Virus record (IMG/VR): IMGVR_UViG_3300041964_000072
Location: 32,001 to 96,000 of that record
Source: a virus
Length of the DNA stretch: 64,000 bases
Strand: one strand, 5' to 3'
This document shows positions 36,294 through 45,194 of this stretch, piece by piece. The position numbers and the translations under genes are program-made. Numbering within the stretch: the first letter of the stretch is position 1; every line of letters starts with the position of its first letter. The notes beneath the pieces were generated by a model that worked only from the letters and a program-made list of their open reading frames with translations, ran no database searches and had not been told where the DNA came from.

Positions 36294-37787
36294 TTGAGGA
36301 GCTGTCCACTGGTGCAAGCTACTACAATGGATACAAAAGCTTTGACAGTATACAACTACACACCACCTAGAACAGATGGGAGTTTTATGGCTGCTCAAGC
36401 ACGGATGGAATACGATACCGCTCATCTACTGACGATTACCAACGACAGGCTTACCAAAGACGGCATCAAGTGCAAACTAGCAAAGACAGCGGGAACCATT
36501 AGTTTGCAGTTCTCAGCTCCTTTGAGAGAAGGGGACAAGCCCAGTATTGAAGGTCGCTCCACTCGCCAATATAAGTTAGGTTGCGGGTGTCAGTACAATT
36601 CCCAAGGAATTCTTCAGGCAGAAGCTTTTGCAAGGCAAGTAGGACAAAGAATCCTTTATAAGGATTTCACTTGGGAATGGTTCGACCATATTGTAGGAAA
36701 ATCTCCTACTGCTACCCAGGAGAAAACCATAGCCGATTGGCTCAAAAGCTTTGAGGAGTTTTTCTGGGCGACTCACCCGAATAACGATAAATCAAAATTC
36801 CTTTGGTACAAGGACTATCAAGCCTACCTTAAGTTTCCTAAGACAGATATTCCTTTTTCCTTGGAAGTGTTAAAAGAATTCCTACTTAACACCACTCCAA
36901 ATACAGTATCGAGAAGGCGACAACTGCGTACCCTCCGAATGCTTATCGATCATGCTGGGTTATTGCCGAAGTACAAAGACTTCATAGACAGTAACCTGAA
37001 AAAAACCAAGGTCAAGGCAAAAGAAAAATACATCCCCTCTCCGGACGAAATTGAGCAAGATATTTTGAGGATTAAGCCAGGACGTAAAGCCCCTAAATAC
37101 ACCCATGAGAATACGATGCGTTGGAAATACGTTCTTGCTTTACAAGCTACTTATGGCTTGCGGATACACGAGTGCTGGAATATAGAAAATCTGTATGCCC
37201 CTGCCATGTTTAAGGGGAAAGAGATTCCAGCCCTTAGCGATCCGGAGAATACCAAAAACCTATTAGTAGTAGGAGAAAACACTAAGACAGGATCAAGGCT
37301 TGCTATGCCTATATCTCCAGTCGGAAAGGATTGGGTAGTTTTATTTGACCTGAAGAACATAAAACTACCAGAGCTTTCGATTAACCGAGAACATAAAGCC
37401 GTAGCCTATGCATCAGCCGTTTCTCAGTTCATGAATCGCCATAATTTCAAATACACATCACATGCTCTGAGACATGCCTGTAACCATACCGCACGCACCC
37501 AAGGCATTGGTGTTCATGCCATTTCGTTAAGCCTAGGGCACACCGAGGAGATGAATAGTACTGTATACAAACAGTTTATCCGACCAGAGATGATTATTGA
37601 TACCTTAGAAAAAGGAGTGGAAGCACAAGTACTTAATGCTTCTATCCCTAAGATTCCCTTGGAGCAAGCATTCTCACAGATTAGCTCCAGATACGCTTCT
37701 GACCCTGAGAAGTTTACGATCGCATCTGAGGTTTTGTCCTTAATCTACGGACTACCTTCTTCTCCCGAAGAGGTGTCAGTTACCTAA
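36294..37787 (+). CDS. int: Tyrosine recombinase/integrase, cyanobacterial XisA/XisC-like (probable start ATG 36327)
   Basis: Catalytic YGLRIHE (R), KTG (K), HALRH, LGH and TVY; N-terminal NDRL...ISLQF...RQYKLG...AEAFARQVG...FTWEW arm domain pattern. Confidence 0.9.
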   Translation: MRSCPLVQATTMDTKALTVYNYTPPRTDGSFMAAQARMEYDTAHLLTITNDRLTKDGIKCKLAKTAGTISLQFSAPLREGDKPSIEGRSTRQYKLGCGCQYNSQGILQAEAFARQVGQRILYKDFTWEWFDHIVGKSPTATQEKTIADWLKSFEEFFWATHPNNDKSKFLWYKDYQAYLKFPKTDIPFSLEVLKEFLLNTTPNTVSRRRQLRTLRMLIDHAGLLPKYKDFIDSNLKKTKVKAKEKYIPSPDEIEQDILRIKPGRKAPKYTHENTMRWKYVLALQATYGLRIHECWNIENLYAPAMFKGKEIPALSDPENTKNLLVVGENTKTGSRLAMPISPVGKDWVVLFDLKNIKLPELSINREHKAVAYASAVSQFMNRHNFKYTSHALRHACNHTARTQGIGVHAISLSLGHTEEMNSTVYKQFIRPEMIIDTLEKGVEAQVLNASIPKIPLEQAFSQISSRYASDPEKFTIASEVLSLIYGLPSSPEEVSVT

Positions 37788-37823
37788 AATAGAATTAAAT
37801 AAGCCTAGCCTACAGCGATCATC

Positions 37824-38540
37824 TTGTTCTGGATGATCGCTTTTCTTTGTACATCTACTAATTTGAAAGCCATGTCCAGCAAAAGAAAACTCACTGGAAG
37901 TATTGCCACACCTGATCATGCTTGCCAAAAAGAAATGGATCAAGCATTGCTAGAGGAAGGAAATCGTTACTTGAAACTCCTTCCCAGTAGCGTCTACAAG
38001 GCGTTTCCCCATGAGCAGCTAGTCATTTGGTGCAATCGTCACCAACGCTATGGAATCGTCACCACAGAGCTAGTGGACTGGCTCAGGGAGCAGATAGGTG
38101 ACAGGTCAGTGATAGAAATAGCAGCCGGAAAAGGTGACTTATCACATCACCTGAATATACATCCTACCGATGGCTATTCACAGACCACTGAATACGTTAA
38201 GGACTGCTACGAATCCTGTGGTCATATCCCCCTAATACCTAACCCAGAGGTAGAGCGGCTAGAAGCTGTTCAGGCGATCAAGAAGTACAAGCCCAAGGTA
38301 GTGATTGCGAGTTGGCTCACTCAAAGGTATCTATCCGATCCACGAACAAATTACTACTACGGAGTTGATGAAACTCAAGTCCGGATATTGAGCATGAAAT
38401 ACATTCACATTGGAAATACAAATGTTCATGGAGGTAAGACAGTACTCAGGAAACCTCACAAAAAATACGTGTTTCCTTGGTTGGTCAGTCGAGCAGCAAA
38501 TCAATCTCAAAACGCAATCTGGGTCTTTTCTAAGATATGA
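37824..38540 (+). CDS. SAM-dependent methyltransferase-like protein (probable start ATG 37872)
   Basis: VIEIAAGKG motif I, later KVVIASW. Confidence 0.6.
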   Translation: MFWMIAFLCTSTNLKAMSSKRKLTGSIATPDHACQKEMDQALLEEGNRYLKLLPSSVYKAFPHEQLVIWCNRHQRYGIVTTELVDWLREQIGDRSVIEIAAGKGDLSHHLNIHPTDGYSQTTEYVKDCYESCGHIPLIPNPEVERLEAVQAIKKYKPKVVIASWLTQRYLSDPRTNYYYGVDETQVRILSMKYIHIGNTNVHGGKTVLRKPHKKYVFPWLVSRAANQSQNAIWVFSKI

Positions 38541-38566
38541 TATATACCAATATATAGAGGATTGGA

Positions 38567-38869
38567 ATGGCTACTACCGAAAAACTGTACACAATGAATG
38601 TACCTCAAAAACTTCTCAAGAGATTTCAGCTACATTGCAGAAAGTACCATAGTGATGCTGCGACTGTGATACGAAGTTATATGCAGGAAAGAGTTGACGA
38701 TTCGGATACTCCTATAGTGGCTCACCTTGATATGGTCAAAACATTCTTTCAAAAAGTAGAGCAAGGGGAGACAGTCAAAATACAAGAAATAGTGGATATC
38801 TCTCGAATCCTTGAAATTCAACCGGAAAGCTTAATGGATTTAGTAGATAAAGCAGAGGTAAACACCTGA
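38567..38869 (+). CDS. Ribbon-helix-helix (CopG-like) regulator
   Basis: YTMNVPQKLLKRFQLHC...AATVIRSYM pattern. Confidence 0.55.
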   Translation: MATTEKLYTMNVPQKLLKRFQLHCRKYHSDAATVIRSYMQERVDDSDTPIVAHLDMVKTFFQKVEQGETVKIQEIVDISRILEIQPESLMDLVDKAEVNT

Positions 38870-38880
38870 AAATAATAGAG

Positions 38881-38906
38881 AACCGCTTCAAATCAGGAGC
38901 GGTTTT
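38881..38906. terminator. Terminator hairpin between convergent genes
   Basis: AACCGCTTC-AAATCA-GGAGCGGTT followed by TT. Confidence 0.55.
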
Positions 38907-38912
38907 CTTCTA

Positions 38913-39530
38913 TTAGCCTTCCATTTCTCTACGGGCTTTGCGAATCTCATTGAGCATGGATTGTAACTGATTGACCTTGGTTTCGCTCGATGAGTCTTCT
39001 CTTTGCTCCTCCTCAAGCTGCTGAATTTCTGCCGCAATACTCTGCACAGATCCATCATCCCCAAGTAAATTGCGTGTCATCGCATTCAACCGAGCGATTG
39101 AATCAGTAAGCATTTTAATGTTTTTGGGATCAATTCGCTGATTACCTGATTCTTCATCATGTTTCGGACTCTTCAACTCCTCTACATACTCATCCAACTG
39201 AGCATTTATCAGTTTAAATAATTTATCTGCTGCATCCAATGTTGATGAATCAAAACTAGCGCTAGCGGATAAAACATCTCGTAATTCACTGACATCCCGA
39301 CGCTCTTTAAGTTTTGATTTGACAAGCGCTTTCAGTCGGCTCCACTTACCTTTCATCGACTGCATTCTTACCGTAACTGGCGAGACATCGTACTTTTCCG
39401 CAAGTTCTTTTAATGTCGGAAATGTAGTCTTCCCAGTGCTTTCGTCTACAACTCCGTGAACGTAGTCATACCGAACTGTGTCCCAATCTTCAACCTTTTT
39501 CGTAAAATAATTATTTTTTTCTTCAGCCAT
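38913..39530 (-). CDS. terS: Probable terminase small subunit
   Basis: DWDTVRYDYVHG...TLKELAEKYDVSPVTVR...KW N-terminal HTH followed by coiled-coil helices. Confidence 0.6.
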   Translation of the reverse strand: MAEEKNNYFTKKVEDWDTVRYDYVHGVVDESTGKTTFPTLKELAEKYDVSPVTVRMQSMKGKWSRLKALVKSKLKERRDVSELRDVLSASASFDSSTLDAADKLFKLINAQLDEYVEELKSPKHDEESGNQRIDPKNIKMLTDSIARLNAMTRNLLGDDGSVQSIAAEIQQLEEEQREDSSSETKVNQLQSMLNEIRKARREMEG

Positions 39531-39736
39531 AATTGATTGAGAATTGAGCTTTTTGTTGCAGCAAGTTCAATCATTTATGCCTGTCATGTCTTCTCTTAAG
39601 TCTATCGAAAACGTGTCAAGAATGTCTCGCTAAATGTCTAATTAAAGGTCTAATTAGCGTTTAAAAAACTGTTGAAAAAACTTTTGTTTCACTGGTGAAA
39701 GTACTAGCCTGGTCGATGCCCATACATATGTACTAC

Positions 39737-39765
39737 TTGACAATCCAGGGTAACCGTGGTATTTC
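39737..39765 (+). promoter_or_regulatory. Candidate sigma70 promoter
   Basis: TTGACA-17 bp-TATTTC with TG extension; the -10 box is imperfect. Confidence 0.4.
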
Positions 39766-39882
39766 AAATAGTCTTTACTTATGAATAGAACTGCAATCTA
39801 TCAGGTATTCAGGATATATAAAATACTTATGAATCAGTAGTAAAATCACTCAAACGCATACACCACAAGGATTGTAGGATGT

Positions 39883-39911
39883 TTGCATATATTCGTATAT
39901 ATGGTTAGAGT
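39883..39911 (+). promoter_or_regulatory. Candidate sigma70 promoter driving the structured RNA and early arm
   Basis: TTGCAT (39883-39888), 17 bp spacer, TAGAGT (39906-39911). Confidence 0.55.
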
Positions 39912-39917
39912 ATGGAT

Positions 39918-40490
39918 TCCTTGATTCATTCGGGGGGTTGCGACAGAGCAAATCAAAACACGTCACATTAACGCACAACACAGATTACGTCATAACGACA
40001 CGGGTGGTTGTGAGCGTACAGACTCCTATGGGAATTTGCCGATCTGTGTAGAACTTTGAAAACTCAATAGCTGTATTTAGATGTGTTGTGTCTCGATTGT
40101 GAGCAATAGAAACGTCGTGAGATGTCTCTAACGCTTGAGAAGCGTATAACGTCTACCTGGAAACTGGTGTCAGGAATGTCTGTAACTGTCGGGCTATGGA
40201 GCCACAAGATAGCGAGTGATCTTGGAGATAGATACAGATAGCCCGGATAGGAATCCCACCAATAGACAGGTATCTAGGACGTTTAAAGCCAACGGCTGTA
40301 GGAAAGCAATCTAGTTAATAGATTGTCTGGATACATACGCCACGATGGGATCTGCACTGACTTGTAACAGCAAATTCTCTATTAACAGAGTCGAGCAAGT
40401 GCGATCGCTATGTTTAGCGGTCTATCGGGTGCAATACCCGGATCGGCTATGTGGCAGTCTTGCCGCAATCATCCACCACATAAGAGAGTC
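39918..40490 (+). ncRNA. Candidate large structured ncRNA or leader RNA
   Basis: No convincing CDS. At least 12 nested helices found by eye (e.g. 40190-97/40238-45, 40253-58/40346-51, 40270-77/40327-34, 40307-13/40319-25, 40403-10/40415-22), several with G-U pairs. BoxA-like GAACTTTGAAAACTCAATA at 40051-40069. Confidence 0.6.
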
Positions 40491-40498
40491 AAAACAAA

Positions 40499-41524
40499 AT
40501 GACCGTAGCAACAAACGGAAACGGAAACGGAACGATCAACGCTAACGATTCACAGACAACAGAGGTTAAACAACTAGAAATGATTACTACAGCAACAGAC
40601 GATAACGCGATCGCATCAACCGAGACTGAAGCGAATACATCACAGCAAGCAAACAAGCCTAGTCAAGTTAATACCGACTTCGGAGTGTTTGAGATTGTCT
40701 ATTACAGCCCTAAGCGTTGGCACTGGTATCACACCGATCGACCCAATTCGATACAGATTGCAACAAGCAAAAAAGGTTGCCAGCAAGCCATTAAAAAAGC
40801 AGTTCAAACAATGAAAGATATGTTAGCCAAGCAAGCAATCATTGATACCCCTGAAACGTCCACAGCAAGCGATCGCAGTGATGACGGTCTAACTGCTTTA
40901 CATGAGAACAAATTCATCCTGGATAGCAAGCTAGGTACTGTGGTGATTGAAAAAGTAGGTGATCAAACCTGGATCTGGTATCTGCAAGTTAAAGGCATCA
41001 AATCAGCCAAGATCGAACTGTCCAAAGATAGCTGCATTAAGGCAATTGAAGCGTTCACATCACAAACAACTCAAGCCAGTGTATCGAGTGCAGATAAGAG
41101 CGCTTTAGCGTATGCCAAGACAACGATCCGTAAGGTTACTAACGATGAACTATTCAACCTACCAGGCGATCGCTTGATTATGGACGCTACCGCAAAAGGA
41201 AGCCGTATCTACGCGATCGGTACTACAACACAGTATGAAAATGTGACAACGATCAAAGGTGATCTCTATTTCATGGTGTCTAGCAATAAGACGGCATACC
41301 TAGGAAGCATTACAGATGAAACTGTGAACATCGATCCCGGCGCTTATGAGTACCTAAACACCATGAAAGTGTTACCTGAGTCTATGAAAGCTCTACAAGC
41401 CAAGATACAGAATGCATGGTGTAAGAAAACTGTTATTAGTCGCTTCCTAGCGTCACAAAAGGCTAAGGAAAGCAAGGATATGGAATTGCAGCAAGCCAGA
41501 ATGCAAGCGATCCAAGACTGGTAA
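40499..41524 (+). CDS. Hypothetical protein with internally duplicated domain
   Basis: First gene of the + arm; two similar blocks (FGVFEIV...WHWY...SKKGCQQAI / LGTVVIE...WIWY...SKDSCIKAI). Confidence 0.8.
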   Translation: MTVATNGNGNGTINANDSQTTEVKQLEMITTATDDNAIASTETEANTSQQANKPSQVNTDFGVFEIVYYSPKRWHWYHTDRPNSIQIATSKKGCQQAIKKAVQTMKDMLAKQAIIDTPETSTASDRSDDGLTALHENKFILDSKLGTVVIEKVGDQTWIWYLQVKGIKSAKIELSKDSCIKAIEAFTSQTTQASVSSADKSALAYAKTTIRKVTNDELFNLPGDRLIMDATAKGSRIYAIGTTTQYENVTTIKGDLYFMVSSNKTAYLGSITDETVNIDPGAYEYLNTMKVLPESMKALQAKIQNAWCKKTVISRFLASQKAKESKDMELQQARMQAIQDW

Positions 41525-41547
41525 ACATCCGATATACAGCAGTTCAT

Positions 41548-41581
41548 AGGCTAGGGAGTGCGATCGCTTCCTAGCCTTTTA
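41548..41581 (+). terminator. Intrinsic terminator with HIP1 in the loop
   Basis: AGGCTAGG-GAGTGCGATCGCTT-CCTAGCCT then TTT. Confidence 0.7.
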
Positions 41582-41607
41582 TTAGTCCCTACAGTGAGGT
41601 TTTTACA

Positions 41608-42216
41608 GTGACCAGAACAAGACAATCTGAATACAAAAAACTTAAACAGTTCAGTGATTATGGACGTTATTACACTGACACTTCCCTGTCTAAGGATGTA
41701 AAGAAAGTCAGGGAAGAGAAAATTGTCGGCAATGAACCGTTACAAGGCAAGAGTCACCACGTTAAGCGTAAGTCAACGGAGGAAGGCATACACAGCCAAT
41801 ACAGGCTAGAGATATCTGATAACTGGGTGCTAATCACTATCACACCTACGATCAAAGCTCTTAAAGGTGTTAAGACAGTAACTAAGACGGCAAAGGTTAG
41901 TAAGGTAAAGACTCACAGAATAGGCAGAGTTAACAAATATGGAAAATTTTGGGAGTTGCCTACCTTAGACAAAATTGCCAAGCTAGTACAGCAAAAGCCA
42001 AAAGTACTTATTGAGCAATGTCAAGACGTTGTTAAACAGTTCTACCAGTCTAGAGAGATCCCGCAATACACCACGAAAGAAGTGTTAGAAAAAATAGGCG
42101 ATCGCTATCAGACGGCTATCGTCACTCACAAGGTAGAGGTGCCAGAGGTGCCATATAAACCGACATACAAAACACTGAAAACAGCGGATACCACGGTTAA
42201 ACTCAGAACCGTCTAA
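41608..42216 (+). CDS. Basic hypothetical protein
   Basis: 202 aa, GTG start after GAGG. Confidence 0.7.
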   Translation: MTRTRQSEYKKLKQFSDYGRYYTDTSLSKDVKKVREEKIVGNEPLQGKSHHVKRKSTEEGIHSQYRLEISDNWVLITITPTIKALKGVKTVTKTAKVSKVKTHRIGRVNKYGKFWELPTLDKIAKLVQQKPKVLIEQCQDVVKQFYQSREIPQYTTKEVLEKIGDRYQTAIVTHKVEVPEVPYKPTYKTLKTADTTVKLRTV

Positions 42217-42236
42217 CCTACCCTAAAAGCTCTATC

Positions 42237-42339
42237 CTCCCTAGTCCCTTGGCTAGGGAGTTTTTTTGTGTCTGTACATCCTGCTATCCTCATCCCCGCA
42301 AGTTTTCCCCTAGTCCACCACGGCTAGGGGATTTTTTTT
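42237..42339 (+). terminator. Tandem pair of near-identical intrinsic terminators
   Basis: CTCCCTAGTC-CCTT-GGCTAGGGAG-T7 (42237-42267) and TCCCCTAGTC-CACCAC-GGCTAGGGGA-T8 (42306-42339). Confidence 0.8.
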
Positions 42340-42350
42340 GCTATTTGATT

Positions 42351-42382
42351 CGGTTTACCGATGTATAGTATTCGGTTAACCG
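42351..42382. promoter_or_regulatory. Pair of palindromic operator-like sites flanking a TATAGT box
   Basis: CGGTTTACCG (42351-42360) and CGGTTAACCG (42373-42382), both preceded by ATT. Confidence 0.45.
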
Positions 42383-42412
42383 TACAAGCTAATTTTTTTT
42401 TTAGGGTTTCCT

Positions 42413-42565
42413 ATGCAATCCAAGACTAAACGATTTATCGCGTATCTTTCCGATGGCTCCAGGATCATCCTATCTGGCAATGACATTCAGGATGCCTGGA
42501 ACAGTGTTGAGATGATTTTTTTTGAGCGGTGCGATCGCATCACCTCTATTTTGTGTATTCGCTAA
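42413..42565 (+). CDS. 50 aa hypothetical protein (not in ORF track)
   Basis: MQSKTKRFIAYLSDGSRIILSGNDIQDAWNSVEMIFFERCDRITSILCIR*. Confidence 0.45.
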   Translation: MQSKTKRFIAYLSDGSRIILSGNDIQDAWNSVEMIFFERCDRITSILCIR

Positions 42566-42579
42566 TAGGAGATAAGACC

Positions 42580-42807
42580 ATGACAACTTTTATCGCAGAT
42601 CAGATCCCTACTCAAGACGAGTTCAAAGCGCTTGCTGAGGGCTACTACATCCAGACGGTAGAGCGGAAAGACAAAATGATGTGGTTTTCTTCGGCATACC
42701 AAATCAATCTCTTCCTTCTACCCTACTTTTTGCAGTACATCACATCCCAAGGTAAGCAGTTCAAAATCACACACAACAACCAACAAATTGCAGTAGAGAT
42801 TTTATAA
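42580..42807 (+). CDS. Hypothetical protein
   Basis: ATG after AGGAG; co-oriented array. Confidence 0.65.
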   Translation: MTTFIADQIPTQDEFKALAEGYYIQTVERKDKMMWFSSAYQINLFLLPYFLQYITSQGKQFKITHNNQQIAVEIL

Positions 42808-42809
42808 CC

Positions 42810-43109
42810 ATGAAAACGGTTACATTCAGGGAGCTTGCAGAATTTTCCTATGCCCTCAAGCCAGATTTTGAGGGCTACCTATCTTCTCTGGGGATTCCCT
42901 CAGAGGGCTACATACGAACGTGGATCGAGTGGAAATTGCTGAGGCGTATCTTTCCAGGGGTACGATATAGCAACGGCTCCATAGGGTTCGTAGATGCCTG
43001 TGGTGACAGGTATGCGATCGCTGTGGAGGTGCGTGTATTTGAAGCCAAGCGGTATATCTCCAGATCCTCTATGAGGCGTATCCTGGAGATATCCGGACTC
43101 ATAAAGTAG
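42810..43109 (+). CDS. Hypothetical protein
   Basis: Tightly packed + strand ORF. Confidence 0.65.
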   Translation: MKTVTFRELAEFSYALKPDFEGYLSSLGIPSEGYIRTWIEWKLLRRIFPGVRYSNGSIGFVDACGDRYAIAVEVRVFEAKRYISRSSMRRILEISGLIK

Positions 43110-43114
43110 ATTGA

Positions 43115-43333
43115 ATGCACATTATTTTTAGACCATCAAAAGGGAAGATATATCTGTATCTGTCCAAACGAGAGATCTCAGAAATCTCTTCCCAAGCGTC
43201 TGAACACGACACAGTTTTTGTGTCTTCATCCGAGCTGGGGTATCAGGTATACAAACAGCTCGACTTAATTTTTCATGACCGTGCGGAAATGGAAAGAATG
43301 ATTGTAGTAGAAACAGACGAGTTCCCAGGATAA
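43115..43333 (+). CDS. Hypothetical protein
   Basis: Tightly packed + strand ORF. Confidence 0.6.
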   Translation: MHIIFRPSKGKIYLYLSKREISEISSQASEHDTVFVSSSELGYQVYKQLDLIFHDRAEMERMIVVETDEFPG

Positions 43334-43337
43334 ATAA

Positions 43338-43853
43338 ATGAACATCACAGTAAAAGCAATCAAACGAAACAGTACGAGCATTTCTCTACAGGTATTTTGT
43401 GAGGACAAGCTACTAGGTGCGATCGCAGTCATGGACAAGGGATTTCAGGTAAATGCTACCGAAAATCGGATGCATGATCGACCAGAATTCCCCCATGCAG
43501 CAGATGCGATCGCGTGCTTGCTCCAGAGAAAGAAATCATTGATCGACGGCATTGTGCGGCGAATGGAGGAGGAAGAACGATACAAGATGCCTGAAGTGCA
43601 TCCCCTTGTTATTGCTGTATATCAACGCTATTACCCACATAAGCCAGTGGTATTAAGGAGATATGACGACCTGTACTTAACCGACGATGATTTACTTCCT
43701 TGGTGGAAGGATAACAATGATCACTGGTTTTCCTCGGATTCCTCTGCGCCTAGAATCCCTTGGAGTTTTGTAGGTCTAGCCTGTATGTTGCCTTCTCATG
43801 AGGCAGAGCTGCAAGCTAGGCAAGACATCCCCGTAGAGATTGTTATCGACTGA
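43338..43853 (+). CDS. Hypothetical protein
   Basis: 171 aa, tightly packed. Confidence 0.7.
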   Translation: MNITVKAIKRNSTSISLQVFCEDKLLGAIAVMDKGFQVNATENRMHDRPEFPHAADAIACLLQRKKSLIDGIVRRMEEEERYKMPEVHPLVIAVYQRYYPHKPVVLRRYDDLYLTDDDLLPWWKDNNDHWFSSDSSAPRIPWSFVGLACMLPSHEAELQARQDIPVEIVID

Positions 43854-44304
43854 TAGGATGACCCTACACGCGATCGCTATAGCGGGAAGCTGCTCATCAA
43901 ATGGGTGCGATCGCATTGAGAGGATTTTGTTATTCACCTCTCTTTTTGAACAGATGACAAAACATTCAGACTTACTACCAGGCTTGCTCGAAGATAAAAA
44001 TTTGTTTCAGCAATGGTTAGCACAACAACCAGCAGAAACAGTAGTAGGAGAAACCTGTAGCGGATATAACTGCCCCATTGCAAAATATCTAAATCAGCAT
44101 GGGGTTGAAAAAGTAGATGTTGCAAGTGACTGCATTATTTACCCTGACCCGGATCGATTGGAATATGTATTACCCGAATGGGTAAAAGAGTTCATCGCTC
44201 AATGTGACGCGATAGATTCCAGGAACATCGTTCCCGTAACTGCGAGTGAAGCGATCGCTATCCTGGAGAGCGAGACTCTTATGAACGTCTACAGTGCAAC
44301 TTAG
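43840..44304 (+). CDS. Hypothetical protein, CPI-motif family (paralog of 55595-56203)
   Basis: FQQWL...VGETCSGYNCPIAKYL...LPEWVKEFI. Confidence 0.65.
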   Translation: MLSTDRMTLHAIAIAGSCSSNGCDRIERILLFTSLFEQMTKHSDLLPGLLEDKNLFQQWLAQQPAETVVGETCSGYNCPIAKYLNQHGVEKVDVASDCIIYPDPDRLEYVLPEWVKEFIAQCDAIDSRNIVPVTASEAIAILESETLMNVYSAT

Positions 44305-44328
44305 ACCGCTATAAGAAAACAATGAAAA

Positions 44329-44886
44329 GTGAGGAAGATTAAAATGCGTAAAAGTAAAGTGCAACATTTCGCTCTTGTACAGCACACGGCATACACACGT
44401 AATAGTGATCTCAGGTTCAGTGAGGCTGTAGAGGTAGGAGCAGTTTGTCTGGATGAAGATCAACTCAGAACATTACGCGATCGCAAGGTGTTTGTCACCA
44501 AGAGTTATAAGGAGTGTGATGAGGAAGCCGTAAAAGAAAACTACCCAGATCCTAAAAGTATTTCTTGGTATCCAAAGGCTCTTGGGAACTTTACCCGGAT
44601 CAAGGGGTTTGGTGACACTATGTTTTACATACCTCCAAACTCTCACACAGAAGATCGCCCAAATCCTATAGCCATTTTCTACGCAGACGGAAAGCTGCTA
44701 TTCAGTGACAAGGATTCTGAGGGTAAACCCCTCTCCCTTGCTACCTATGATGATTACATGAGATGCGATCGCACAAAAATCAACATCTGTGAAGATTTTT
44801 CTCCTAATGACATCATCCAGCTAGAGGAAGGGCTGTTTATCCTTGATGATGAAGTCTTTCCAATCACCTTTTGTCAAATTTCATAA
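44329..44886 (+). CDS. Hypothetical protein
   Basis: 185 aa ORF in array. Confidence 0.7.
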   Translation: MRKIKMRKSKVQHFALVQHTAYTRNSDLRFSEAVEVGAVCLDEDQLRTLRDRKVFVTKSYKECDEEAVKENYPDPKSISWYPKALGNFTRIKGFGDTMFYIPPNSHTEDRPNPIAIFYADGKLLFSDKDSEGKPLSLATYDDYMRCDRTKINICEDFSPNDIIQLEEGLFILDDEVFPITFCQIS

Positions 44887-44945
44887 CCTCTTCAATACAG
44901 CAATGCCGTCCTAGATTTTCCTAAGACGGCTGCTCGTGATTTTGG

Positions 44946-45194
44946 ATGGAAAGATACGGAAAAAGAAGCGTAGGAGGCAACATGAGCGGTAATGAATGGA
45001 AGAAATTTTCTAGGACAGCTTCCGATCCTACTGGAAGCATCTCTGCTGTGATGACCGCTGATCAACTCATCCAGCAACATCCAGAGCTGAAATCTCTCAT
45101 AGAATCTCTTCAACAAGAAGAGAGCTTCGAGATGAAGTACTCCAAGGCAGATCCCATCGTTATCGAAATCAAGTCCCTTTGGGAAATCTGGTAG
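44946..45194 (+). CDS. Hypothetical protein
   Basis: 82 aa ORF in array. Confidence 0.55.
   Translation: MERYGKRSVGGNMSGNEWKKFSRTASDPTGSISAVMTADQLIQQHPELKSLIESLQQEESFEMKYSKADPIVIEIKSLWEIW

Noticed and set aside
39918-40490. Structured region as tmRNA, RNase P RNA, or a group I/II intron
   Set aside because: No tRNA-like ends or tag frame, no GAGGAAAGTCC-type RNase P motif, no domain V-like hairpin, and it does not interrupt a gene; ORF 40345-40545 inside it looks spurious
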